This document shows, in pieces, positions 37,692 through 46,224 of a stretch of DNA of 64,000 bases (position 1 is its first letter; each line of letters opens with the position of its first letter). A program made the translations under genes and the position numbers. Origin of the DNA: an uncultured Alphaproteobacteria bacterium (GTDB lineage Bacteria > Pseudomonadota > Alphaproteobacteria > Methylaequorales > Methylaequoraceae). Location of the stretch: the NCBI GenBank assembly GCA_902536485.1, contig CACAXP010000002.1, positions 11,618 through 75,617 on the forward strand, in the 5' to 3' direction. The notes under the pieces were generated by a model. The model was not told where the DNA came from. It searched no databases and was given only the letters and a program-made list of their open reading frames with translations.

Positions 37692-38436
37692 TGCTGTTTT
37701 TTTTGATGTAGACGGGACGATTGCAGAAACCGAAGAATATCATAGAAAATCATTCAATGAATCATTTAAAGAGTTCAGTTTAGATTGGTTTTGGGATGAA
37801 GCTATTTATAAAGAATTAATAAATATTGGAGGAGGAAAAGAGAGAATTATGTTTCACTTAAAAAAGGCTTGGCCTGAAATGTTGGAATATAAAAATTTAT
37901 CTAATTACATTGATTCAATTCATAAAATAAAAAATGAAATTTATGAGGACTATATTAACGATTCTCAAATAACAGCTAGACCCGGAGTTTTTAGGTTAAT
38001 TGAAGAATTAAAAAAAAATAATATCAGCATTGCTCTAGTTTCTTCAACATCAGAGGTGAATTTATTAAACTTGTTTACCAAAGGGTTTAAGATTGATCCG
38101 TATGAAATGTTCGATTTAGTTGCTCATGGTGACTGTACAAAACTCAAAAAACCTTCACCGGAAATATATGAATGGACATTACAAAAACTTCAGCTCCCAT
38201 CAGAGGCATGTATAGCTATTGAGGACTCACCTAGAGGTTTAGAATCATCTAATAATGCTAATATTAAGACAATTGTTACGCCTTCAAAGTTAACTATTGG
38301 TGAAAGTTTTAAGGAGGCTAGGTTAGTTATCTCTGACTTAGGTGAGCCTGATAAGCCATTTGACACCATTTTAGGAGAAGCATATAATCATAATTATGTA
38401 TCTTTTGAACTACTCAATAAAATATCTCAAAACTAA
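37681..38436 (+). CDS. HAD-superfamily phosphatase, CbbY-like subfamily
   Basis: 251 aa. AVFFDVDGTIAETEEYHRKSFNESFKEFSLDWFWDEAIYKELINIGGGKERI parallels remembered CbbY N-termini. Overlaps hldE by 11 nt. Confidence 0.75.
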   Translation: MELSAVFFDVDGTIAETEEYHRKSFNESFKEFSLDWFWDEAIYKELINIGGGKERIMFHLKKAWPEMLEYKNLSNYIDSIHKIKNEIYEDYINDSQITARPGVFRLIEELKKNNISIALVSSTSEVNLLNLFTKGFKIDPYEMFDLVAHGDCTKLKKPSPEIYEWTLQKLQLPSEACIAIEDSPRGLESSNNANIKTIVTPSKLTIGESFKEARLVISDLGEPDKPFDTILGEAYNHNYVSFELLNKISQN

Positions 38437-38870
38437 AGAATCATAAATATTATAATCATTAATAAAATTTGTGTGACAAAAATTAAAACACTAAATCTGT
38501 GTAATTTCTTAAATTCCGTTTGATTTTTCTGGTCAGATGCCTCATTAATTTTTATCATTAAAAATTGTCTCGAATAAAAGTATCCAAGAGTTATCATAAA
38601 AAAAATAAACGACAGAAAACTATTGATAAAAAAAAGAATTAATGAAATAAAGAGACTAAGTATTCCTGAGTATAAATAGAGTTTTGGAAATATACCTCTT
38701 AAAAAAAATCTTGCATTCTTTTCGTCAAGGCTACTGAAAACATTAGGAGCTACAAGCGCTGAAAAAAATATTAAACCACCTAAAAGAAATGGAATAAGGA
38801 ATTTTATTAAAATTAATAAGTATTCTGGCATAAGATTTATTAATCTAATAATATAGAGGACATATTTCAA
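38433..38870 (-). CDS. Small integral membrane protein (four predicted TM helices; possibly DUF4149/TMEM205-like)
   Basis: 145 aa, hydrophobic throughout. The track start is TTG; ATG at 38831 (MPEYLL...) is an alternative. Family assignment is weak. Confidence 0.45.
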   Translation of the reverse strand: MKYVLYIIRLINLMPEYLLILIKFLIPFLLGGLIFFSALVAPNVFSSLDEKNARFFLRGIFPKLYLYSGILSLFISLILFFINSFLSFIFFMITLGYFYSRQFLMIKINEASDQKNQTEFKKLHRFSVLIFVTQILLMIIIFMIL

Positions 38871-38883
38871 ATATTATTTAGAG

Positions 38884-39279
38884 ATGAACTATAAATTTAT
38901 TTTGCTTATACCTGTTTTCGAAATCCTAAGTTTTATCCTACTAGGGGACTTTCTGGGTTTTTGGGTTGTTGTTTCCTTAATTTTTCTTACTGGTTTAATT
39001 GGGTTATTTTTAATTAGATCAAAATTAGACTTAAGACAAATTGAAAAATTAGTTAGCGAACCTAATGAATGGTTATTCCAAAAAATAGCTGGTTTTTTAC
39101 TTATAATTCCTGGCTTTGTGACTGATTTACTTGGAATTATTATGCTGTTGAAACCTTTAAGAGGCTATGTTTGGAATAATTTCATTTTTAAAAAAGGTTT
39201 TCATAAAGATAACGGAGCAAGAAAAAATAAAGATGATAATATTATTGAGGCAGATTACAGAGATTTAGATGACAAATGA
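38884..39279 (+). CDS. fxsA: FxsA-family cytoplasmic membrane protein
   Basis: 131 aa with LLIIPGFVTDLLGIIMLLKPLR, the FxsA signature region. Confidence 0.75.
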   Translation: MNYKFILLIPVFEILSFILLGDFLGFWVVVSLIFLTGLIGLFLIRSKLDLRQIEKLVSEPNEWLFQKIAGFLLIIPGFVTDLLGIIMLLKPLRGYVWNNFIFKKGFHKDNGARKNKDDNIIEADYRDLDDK

Positions 39280-39553
39280 AAATTACAATATGTTTGGCAA
39301 AGTTTTTGGAAGGGTTCAAGGAGTAGGGTTTAGAGCTTGGACAAAAAAAACTGCACAAAAGCATAATTTAAATGGTTGGGTGATGAATTGTAGTGATAAA
39401 TCTGTGGAATTTGTTATATCAGGAAAAAAAAATAGTATTGATAATTTTGTAAAGGAATGTTACGTAGGACCTATCTTTTCAAACGTAAGAACTATTGATC
39501 TAAAAAAATTACCCTTTTTAGAATATAAAGATTTTGAAATTAAATATTTATGA
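39269..39553 (+). CDS. acyP: Acylphosphatase
   Basis: 94 aa. GRVQGVGFRAWT motif followed by GWVMN. Confidence 0.85.
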   Translation: MTNENYNMFGKVFGRVQGVGFRAWTKKTAQKHNLNGWVMNCSDKSVEFVISGKKNSIDNFVKECYVGPIFSNVRTIDLKKLPFLEYKDFEIKYL

Positions 39554-40128
39554 ATTTTTTTTTTTTAAGACATACCTCTCTTAATATCGAAAAAGATATT
39601 TTCTACGGCCAAACAGATGTTGATGTTTCAAAGAATTTTAATAAAGAGCTTAAAAATATAAAGATAAAGCTAACAAATGAAATAAGAAATTTAGATAAAA
39701 TAAAAATTTTCTCAAGCACATTGAAAAGGTGTGTTAAGTTAGCCCAAGGCTTGTCAAAAGATGTTTTTTTTGATGATAAGTTAAAAGAACTTAATCTTGG
39801 TGATTGGGAAATGAAACCCAAAAATAAAATTTCAAGGAAATTGATTAAAGAATGGGAAGACAATTTAATAAAATTTAAAATTCCCAATGGTGAAAGTAAC
39901 CAAGATTTTTTAAAAAGACTTAAAAAATTTTTAGATGAAATAAAAAAATGTGACCAGGATGTTTTGATTGTTTCACATGCAGGTTCTATTAATGGGATGA
40001 TGTCAATTTTAACTGGCCAACCCTTTGATAAACTGCTAAAAAATTATTGGGAAAAAATTGACTATGGTTCATTGAGCCTTGTCGAATCCGAAGGTAATTC
40101 GTTTAATATAAAATACGTTGGAAAGTAA
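39550..40128 (+). CDS. Histidine phosphatase superfamily protein (phosphoglycerate mutase / CobC-like)
   Basis: 192 aa. FFFLRHTS (RHG-type motif with Thr) and a second His in VSHAGSING. Confidence 0.7.
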   Translation: MNFFFLRHTSLNIEKDIFYGQTDVDVSKNFNKELKNIKIKLTNEIRNLDKIKIFSSTLKRCVKLAQGLSKDVFFDDKLKELNLGDWEMKPKNKISRKLIKEWEDNLIKFKIPNGESNQDFLKRLKKFLDEIKKCDQDVLIVSHAGSINGMMSILTGQPFDKLLKNYWEKIDYGSLSLVESEGNSFNIKYVGK

Positions 40129-40135
40129 TTGAATT

Positions 40136-41746
40136 ATGAAAAAGATCCTAATTCTCGGGGGAGGATTTGGAGGTGTTTTTTGTGCAAGAAGATTAGAGAA
40201 GATTAATAAAGAATTTTTTGATGTAGAACTTATAAGTAACAATAATTACTTTATTTTTCAGCCCCTTTTACCAGAAGTTGCTTCAGGAACGATATCAGCG
40301 GGTGATGCAGTGACTCCCATTAGGCAAATGTTGCCAAATATAAAATTTAGAAAAGCTGAAATAATGGACATCAATTTAAAAAAAAAAAATGTTGAATTAT
40401 CTCAAGGCTTCAGAAGGCGACTTCATAATATTGATTATGACCATTTAGTGATTGCATTAGGTCAGGAAAGCAATCAATCAATTGTACCGGGACTAGAACA
40501 TCATTCTTTTATGATGAGAACCCTTGAAGATGCGTATAATCTAAGAAATCATTTAATAGGATGCCTTGAACTAGCAGATGTGACCCTTGATAAAAAATTA
40601 AAAAAAAGACTCTTAAACATTGTAGTTGTTGGTGGAGGATTTTCAGGTGTAGAAACAATAGGAGAGCTAAAGGAGATGTCAGGTAGATTACTTCCGTATT
40701 ATAAGAATATATCTGAAAATGAATTAGAGTTTCACATTGTAGAGTCTTCTGACAAACTTTTGCCAGAATTAGCAGGTAATATCAGCGAATATACATTATC
40801 AGTATTTCAAAAAAGGAAGATAAAAATTCATCTCAAAACGGCACTCAAAGAGGTATCAATTTACAAAGTTTTTTTAAGTAATGGTAAATCAATTGAGACT
40901 AATACGATTATTTCTACAATCGGTTCGACTGTTTCAAAAATAATAAAGAAATCGGGGTTACCTTTAAAAAATGGTAGAATTGTTACTAATGAGTTTTTAC
41001 AAGTTTCAAATCTTGAAAATGTTTGGGCAATTGGTGATTCAGCACTTATACCAAATAAGTTAGATTTAAATGATTATCCTTATTCTCCTCCAACTGCTCA
41101 GTTTGCAGTTAGACAAGCAAAATTGTTAGCTAAAAATATTATTTTAAAAAATATGAAAAAGAATCTTAGGGAATTTAAATATAAATCTAAGGGCTCACTG
41201 GCTTCTTTAGGTTCAAAAAAGGGAGTAGGAAAAATTTACTTTTTAAATGTAAAAGGTTTGTTAGCATGGACTATATGGAGGGTTTTTTATTTGTCTTTTT
41301 TACCTTCTTTTCCAACAAAAATAAGAGTTTTGTTGAGTTGGATTCTAGAATTTTTTATACCAAGAAATGCAGTTCTAACTCATAATTTTCAAAGTAATCC
41401 TGTTTCTTATAAAATGTATAAAAAAGGAGATATTGTTTTTGAGGAAGGAATGATAGCGGATGGTTTTTACGTTGTAAAAAAGGGTGAATTTGAAAATACT
41501 TACAAAAAAACAAAAACAGGAAGAATCTTCAAAAAAATTTATAAAAAAGGATCTCATTTTGGTTCAAGAGTTTTATTAGAGGGAGGGAGAAGAACAGGAA
41601 CCATTACTGCAAAAAAAGATTCGCTAGTTTTAAAGATTCAAGGACACAGTTTTAAAATGTTAGCTGAAAATTTTCCTGTACTTGAAAATTATTTTGGTGA
41701 TTATTTACCTAAAACATTTAAAGAACTTAACTTAAATGAAGATTGA
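40136..41746 (+). CDS. ndh: Type II NADH dehydrogenase (NDH-2) fused to a C-terminal cyclic-nucleotide-binding (CAP effector-type) domain
   Basis: 536 aa. Two dinucleotide folds (ILILGGGFGGVFCARRL; VVVGGGFSGVETIGEL) and AIGDSA. The last ~120 aa (YKKGDIVFEEGMIADGFYVVKKGEF...GSHFGSRVLLEGGRRTGTITAKKDSLVL) fit the cNMP-binding beta-roll. Confidence 0.85.
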   Translation: MKKILILGGGFGGVFCARRLEKINKEFFDVELISNNNYFIFQPLLPEVASGTISAGDAVTPIRQMLPNIKFRKAEIMDINLKKKNVELSQGFRRRLHNIDYDHLVIALGQESNQSIVPGLEHHSFMMRTLEDAYNLRNHLIGCLELADVTLDKKLKKRLLNIVVVGGGFSGVETIGELKEMSGRLLPYYKNISENELEFHIVESSDKLLPELAGNISEYTLSVFQKRKIKIHLKTALKEVSIYKVFLSNGKSIETNTIISTIGSTVSKIIKKSGLPLKNGRIVTNEFLQVSNLENVWAIGDSALIPNKLDLNDYPYSPPTAQFAVRQAKLLAKNIILKNMKKNLREFKYKSKGSLASLGSKKGVGKIYFLNVKGLLAWTIWRVFYLSFLPSFPTKIRVLLSWILEFFIPRNAVLTHNFQSNPVSYKMYKKGDIVFEEGMIADGFYVVKKGEFENTYKKTKTGRIFKKIYKKGSHFGSRVLLEGGRRTGTITAKKDSLVLKIQGHSFKMLAENFPVLENYFGDYLPKTFKELNLNED

Positions 41747-42452
41747 TCTTAAAAAATTTTTTCGTGTTTCATCGTGCAAAAGTACAGTAATAGATAATGT
41801 AAAAATTATAAGATCAACCAAAAGGTTAAAGACTATCTCTTTACAAATAAAAAATGGTATACCTATAATTTACTGTCCGTTCTATATTAAAGACAGTTAC
41901 ATAAGATCAATAATAAAAAAAAAACAATTATGGATTAAAAAGAAAATTAATGTAGAAAATAATAGAGAGAAAATACTAGTAAAAAACAAAAGTATTTTTC
42001 CCTTTTTAGGAGGAAAGTTTACTCTTCTAACGTTGGCATCAGAAGAAAATAAAGTATTTTTAAAAAATAATAGTCTTGTAATTCACTGCACAGAATTTAA
42101 ACTTGCAAAAAAAAATCTTGTTGAGTGGTTAAAGTTGGAGGCAAAAAAATATTTAGTTAATAGAGTCCAATTTGTATCTTCAAAAATAAGAATAAATTTT
42201 AAAAGCCTAAATTTGAGAGGTTATAGAACGATGTGGGGTTGTTGTAATAGTCGGTCTGAAATTCGTTTGAATTGGAAATTAGTAATGCTTCCAAAAAAAG
42301 TAATTGATTATGTGATAGTGCATGAGCTGTGTCATATTGTTGAACCAAATCATTCTAAGTCCTTTTGGTCATTGGTAAAACAATATGATAGTGAGTATAT
42401 TGAAAATAAAAATTGGCTAAAAAAAAATGGGATAGAGGTTATCAAGTTTTAA
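41736..42452 (+). CDS. YgjP-like (DUF45 / M48-related) zinc metallohydrolase
   Basis: 238 aa. VIVHELCHIVEPNHSKSFW (HExxH followed by NHS..FW). Confidence 0.75.
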   Translation: MKIDLKKFFRVSSCKSTVIDNVKIIRSTKRLKTISLQIKNGIPIIYCPFYIKDSYIRSIIKKKQLWIKKKINVENNREKILVKNKSIFPFLGGKFTLLTLASEENKVFLKNNSLVIHCTEFKLAKKNLVEWLKLEAKKYLVNRVQFVSSKIRINFKSLNLRGYRTMWGCCNSRSEIRLNWKLVMLPKKVIDYVIVHELCHIVEPNHSKSFWSLVKQYDSEYIENKNWLKKNGIEVIKF

Positions 42453-42454
42453 AG

Positions 42455-42706
42455 TCATAGTTTTTTTAGCTCATCATTCAGAAGTTTTTTTGCTTTATTA
42501 ACAAAATTATCTTTTACAAGAATTCTAATCGGTATAGCGGAGATATTTCCTTCATTGATTGACATGAGTTCATCTAAAACAAAAAACTCAATATCATTGG
42601 AGTCCAAAATATATTTCACCCAACTTATTTCAACTAAATTATTACTTTTAAAAACTAGCTTCACAGAACTACTTATTTTTTTAATTATTAAAACTATAAC
42701 ATACAA
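42455..42706 (-). CDS. Small conserved protein, possibly DUF2007-like
   Basis: The core VKLVFKSNNLVEISWVKYILDSNDIEFFVLDE...IRILVKDNFVNKAKKLL resembles the DUF2007 pattern. In-frame GTG at 42664 may be the true start. Confidence 0.4.
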   Translation of the reverse strand: MYVIVLIIKKISSSVKLVFKSNNLVEISWVKYILDSNDIEFFVLDELMSINEGNISAIPIRILVKDNFVNKAKKLLNDELKKL

Positions 42707-42740
42707 AGATTAACCCCAACTTTTATTTTTAGTAGCATTC

Positions 42741-42817
42741 TGGTGCGCCCGAAAGGATTCGAACCCTTAACCTTTTGAGCCGAAATCAAATGCTCTATCC
42801 AGTTGAGCTACGGGCGC
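42741..42817 (-). tRNA. tRNA-Arg (anticodon UCG), CCA encoded
   Basis: The reverse complement GCGCCCGTAGCTCAACTGGATAGAGCATTTGATTTCGGCTCAAAAGGTTAAGGGTTCGAATCCTTTCGGGCGCACCA folds as a 77-nt cloverleaf. It has a 7-bp acceptor stem, GCTC/GAGC D stem, TTTGA/TCAAA anticodon stem with loop TTTCGGC, and a GTTCGAATC T-loop. Confidence 0.9.
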
Positions 42818-42829
42818 TTAATAAAATAA

Positions 42830-44155
42830 TTAATCATCAACACCATGAGAAAGCCTAATTAATCTTTTATGCATTATTATAACAAAACCTCCTACAAAAA
42901 CACAGATTACAGTAATACCCAAAAATATTACTTTTTCACCTAAGGCTTGAGAATATTGCCCTATAATACCAGCAATTTTATTTCCAAGACCAATTGTTGC
43001 AAAATAGATCCCCATGATACTAGCTGTCAGTTTTTTAGGGGATAGTTTAGTAATATATGATAAAATTACAGGTGAGGCGCATAGCTCACCAATTGTAAAA
43101 AAAAAATACGCAAAAAATAGCCAATACATTGAAGATTTTCCGTATATTTCTGACTCAACAGATGCAAAAACCATAAAAATGAACCCCAATCCCATTATAA
43201 TTATTCCCGTTGAAATTTTAAAAATAGATGTCGCTAGCATGTTCTTTTTTTTTAAAAACATCCAAAATACAGAAACGCTATAGCCTAAAAGTATAATCAG
43301 AAGCGGATTAATTGATTGAAACCAACTAGCCGGGATTTCCATATTCAAAAAGGGGAGATATCTATTTGTTTTTTCATAGGCGAATATATTAAGCAAACCT
43401 CCTGCCTGTTCAAATGAAGCCCAGAAAATTACTAAAATTAAAGAGGATATTAGAATAAGTTTTACTCTATCTAATTCAATTGAAGAGAAGTTGTATTTTT
43501 TAGCTTTTAAAGAGAAAGTATTTTCTGGGGAAGTTTCTTTAGAAACTTCAACAATATTTTTTTTGCCAATGATGAAATAAATTTGTCCTAAAAGCATGCC
43601 GAAGCCAGCTAAAGAAAAACCATAATGCCATCCAAAAACCTCTCCCACATAACCTACTAAAATACTTGCTAAAAAAGCACCAATATTTATTCCTACATAA
43701 AAAATAGTAAAGCCTTGATCTCTTCTTAGATCGTTAACTTTATAAAGATGTCCAACAAGAGTTGAAATATTTGGTTTTAAAAGTCCAACTCCAAGTATGA
43801 TTAAGGTCAATCCTGTAAAAAAAAATAATTCATTTTGGAAAGCTAATGTGAAATGCCCTGCACATAATAAAAACCCTCCATATAAAACTGATTTTTTATT
43901 AGTTATATATCTATCCCCAATTATGCCTCCGGGGATACATGCTAAATAAACAAGTGCGGTATACCAACCGTAAAGTATTATTGCCTCTTTATTTGACCAA
44001 CCTAATCCTGGATTTTTATCATTAAAATCTGAAATTAAATAAAGAACAAGTATTGCCCTCATTCCGTAGTAACTAAAACGTTCCCACAGTTCTGTAAAAA
44101 ATAAGACGACTAACCCCTTAGGATGTTGATTAATTTTACTTATCGAAACAAACAT
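42830..44155 (-). CDS. Proton-dependent oligopeptide transporter (POT/PTR2 family, DtpT-like)
   Basis: 441 aa, polytopic, with FFTELWERFSYYGMRAILVLYL (PTR2 signature). Confidence 0.9.
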   Translation of the reverse strand: MFVSISKINQHPKGLVVLFFTELWERFSYYGMRAILVLYLISDFNDKNPGLGWSNKEAIILYGWYTALVYLACIPGGIIGDRYITNKKSVLYGGFLLCAGHFTLAFQNELFFFTGLTLIILGVGLLKPNISTLVGHLYKVNDLRRDQGFTIFYVGINIGAFLASILVGYVGEVFGWHYGFSLAGFGMLLGQIYFIIGKKNIVEVSKETSPENTFSLKAKKYNFSSIELDRVKLILISSLILVIFWASFEQAGGLLNIFAYEKTNRYLPFLNMEIPASWFQSINPLLIILLGYSVSVFWMFLKKKNMLATSIFKISTGIIIMGLGFIFMVFASVESEIYGKSSMYWLFFAYFFFTIGELCASPVILSYITKLSPKKLTASIMGIYFATIGLGNKIAGIIGQYSQALGEKVIFLGITVICVFVGGFVIIMHKRLIRLSHGVDD

Positions 44156-44158
44156 ACC

Positions 44159-44584
44159 CTAATAATTTTCATCTAAATCTTCAAGATCCTCTAAATGAGT
44201 TTTTAATGCCTTGGTACTAATGTTGATTTCAATTAGGAAAACACAAATTGCTAACGCAAAGAAAAAAAGGGCTGTTATAAATAGTATTAATGAAATATCT
44301 AAAAAATAAATACCAACTAGTATGGTAATTAAATTTAAAAAAAAAGAAATTCCTGAAAAGAATTGCATAAGTTTAACATATCTTAGTCTTTTATTGAGTA
44401 TTTGGATCTGTGCGAAATACCTTGAAGCAGATTTATCATTAGGTGAAATTTTTTTATTGATGAATTCATCATGAATTTTACGAATTAATTTGCTGAGAGA
44501 GGTATACCTATTGCCAAAAGAAATCATCATAAGTGGTATTGCTGGAAATAGGAAAGCGGCATATGTTAATTGAAAATTGTGCAT
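44159..44584 (-). CDS. DUF2721-family membrane protein
   Basis: 141 aa. N-terminal TM helix, amphipathic middle, two C-terminal TM helices. FGNRYTSLSKLIRKIHDEF resembles remembered DUF2721. Confidence 0.55.
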   Translation of the reverse strand: MHNFQLTYAAFLFPAIPLMMISFGNRYTSLSKLIRKIHDEFINKKISPNDKSASRYFAQIQILNKRLRYVKLMQFFSGISFFLNLITILVGIYFLDISLILFITALFFFALAICVFLIEINISTKALKTHLEDLEDLDENY

Positions 44585-44676
44585 TTGAAGTGTAGCTATA
44601 TTAATTTATTTTAATAAAATTTTGAACAGTGAAAAATTTATATTCTCCAATTAATCAGTATTGGTATAAAACTTGC

Positions 44677-44706
44677 TTTATAATCTATGTTTTTGATAAA
44701 TGTCAA
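44677..44706 (-). promoter_or_regulatory. Candidate promoter for the DUF2721-POT transcription unit
   Basis: On the minus strand: TTGACA (44706-44701), 17-nt spacer, TTATAA/TATAAA (44683-44677). Predicts a ~90-nt leader before the ATG at 44584. Confidence 0.45.
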
Positions 44707-44781
44707 AAAATTGAACACTAGGGAAGGTCGAACAGCATAATATTTCCTCCCTTATACGATAAGTGACCTTCCCGTTCAATT
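44703..44781 (-). terminator. Compound GC-rich hairpin followed by a T-run (probable intrinsic terminator of the upstream operon, or a structured RNA)
   Basis: Outer arms AATTGAAC (44709-44716) / GTTCAATT (44774-44781). Inner arms GGGAAGGTC (44721-44729) / GACCTTCCC (44765-44773). On the minus strand the 3' arm runs into TTTTTT (44710-44705). Confidence 0.5.
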
Positions 44782-44998
44782 AGTTCTTAATATCTTTTAT
44801 AAAACTAACCAGCTTATTTAATTTTTCATCTGAAATATCTTTGTAAGATTCTTGAAAATTATTTTTTATTAATTGACATATATGAGCATAAGGGTTTCTT
44901 CCTTTGGGATGAAATGGATGAGGCTTAAGTTTATCTTTTAAGTAATCACCATGTTTTTGAATAACTTTCCAAACAAGCTTTGAATTTTCTTCATTCAT
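44780..44998 (-). CDS. Hypothetical protein (72 aa), no family recognised
   Basis: ORF with a TAATG junction to the upstream ORF. Composition is not low-complexity (HPFHPKGRNPYAHICQLIKNNF). Its stop lies inside the hairpin's outer arm. Confidence 0.4.
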   Translation of the reverse strand: MNEENSKLVWKVIQKHGDYLKDKLKPHPFHPKGRNPYAHICQLIKNNFQESYKDISDEKLNKLVSFIKDIKN

Positions 44999-45249
44999 TA
45001 TCTAAACCCAGTATTGGTTCTTGTTCTAGCCTTTTTTTCTGGTTGGGTGAAAATTTTTTTTTTTTTCTTAGTAACTTTTTTTTTTTTAATAATGTACTTG
45101 TTACCTTGTTTTGGTTTGGGCAACTTTTCAAATGTACCATCACTTTTCATTAAAAAGTAATTACCGTTTCTATCTTGTACTATTTCATCAGAAAAAGAAT
45201 CGTAACTATAAGTGTAAAACAAAAAAAATATAATAATTAATTTTAACAT
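44998..45249 (-). CDS. Hypothetical small secreted protein with a Lys-rich tail (83 aa)
   Basis: Signal-like N-terminus MLKLIIIFFLFYTYSYDSFS. C-terminal KKKKVTKKKKK is encoded by 12- and 13-nt homopolymers. Starts 1 nt after the hydrolase stop. Confidence 0.4.
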   Translation of the reverse strand: MLKLIIIFFLFYTYSYDSFSDEIVQDRNGNYFLMKSDGTFEKLPKPKQGNKYIIKKKKVTKKKKKIFTQPEKKARTRTNTGFR

Positions 45250-45250
45250 T

Positions 45251-46090
45251 TTAATCTAATATATGATAATAATCAGCATTTTTTAACTTTTTAACTACTT
45301 CATTAAAATTTTTTTGCTTTTTTGTTTTCTTTCCCAAAACCCATTTTTTAATTTCTTCTGTAACATTATCACCTTTTATATCCCTCAAGATCATATGATA
45401 ACTTGATTCAAAGATAAGAAAGTTAGAAGAAAAGTCATAAGATTTAATTTTAGTCGCCTCTAGTAATTCAATCAATGGTTTTCGAGGAACTATTTCATCT
45501 TTAATTGGAATTACGACTAAAGCATTGTAGCTTGGTTGTGAAAAAAAATTTTTAGCATCTTTGTAACTTTCATCCATTAGTTCAATTATACCATAAAGAC
45601 TTTTTAGATTAGGGTAATGAATAAAATATTTGTCTTTAGACAGTTCTTTGAGTACTTCTTGATTATCACTTGCCTGAACTTCAACCCATCCTTTACTGCT
45701 AACTTTAAAATTTGGGAATGATTTTGATACTAAGGACATAAACAAGCTCTTAAAAAAATTTTTCTCACTAAAATTCCATATAGCAGGTGCAACAAGAACC
45801 GCTCCATCAATTGGCAGTTCTTTATCATTAGTCATCAAACTTGTTATAATTGCACCTCCCATACTCTCACCGAGTAAAATGATTTTTTTTTTTGGATATT
45901 GTTTTTTTAATTTTAATAATTCTTCTTTAATTACTTGTTTGTGGACACTAAGTGGAAACCAAATGCTAGAATTATCATTTCTACCAAAACCATCCAAATC
46001 AAAGGAAAAAGTAAAAATATTATTTTTTGAAAGATATTCTGCAGGTATTTTGAATGAGTTTGAGTAATCATTGTAACCATGAATTGCCAA
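45251..46090 (-). CDS. Alpha/beta hydrolase (lysophospholipase / monoglyceride lipase-like); true 5' end probably upstream of 46090
   Basis: HG oxyanion motif (AIHGYNDYS) and nucleophile elbow GESMGG. The track start is a TTG inside the conserved beta-strand. The frame stays open to 46291 and encodes a signal/lipobox-like peptide (see findings). Confidence 0.75.
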   Translation of the reverse strand: MAIHGYNDYSNSFKIPAEYLSKNNIFTFSFDLDGFGRNDNSSIWFPLSVHKQVIKEELLKLKKQYPKKKIILLGESMGGAIITSLMTNDKELPIDGAVLVAPAIWNFSEKNFFKSLFMSLVSKSFPNFKVSSKGWVEVQASDNQEVLKELSKDKYFIHYPNLKSLYGIIELMDESYKDAKNFFSQPSYNALVVIPIKDEIVPRKPLIELLEATKIKSYDFSSNFLIFESSYHMILRDIKGDNVTEEIKKWVLGKKTKKQKNFNEVVKKLKNADYYHILD

Positions 46091-46224
46091 AATAATAATT
46101 TCGCTTGTATTTATATTCCCCCATGTGGAGTAAGTTTTTTTTTCTACAATTTTTTCAGAGTATATTGATTCCTCGTTTACTCCAGTTACACATCCATGAA
46201 CAAGAAGAAAAACTTTTAAAAATG

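Noticed and set aside
42707-42829. The tRNA-Arg as an integration site for a genomic island (looked for an integrase and for a direct repeat of the tRNA 3' end).
   Set aside because: There is no integrase, phage or transposase gene on either side, and I saw no duplicated tRNA 3' segment by eye. The neighbours (POT transporter and the DUF2007-like gene) look like core genes.
44721-44773. Possible SRP (4.5S) RNA, suggested by GGAAGG...GAACAGC resembling the SRP domain IV sequence GGAAGGAAGCAGC.
   Set aside because: The fold lacks the GNRA tetraloop and the symmetric and asymmetric loops of domain IV. The element is too short, and its position is better explained as a terminator hairpin.
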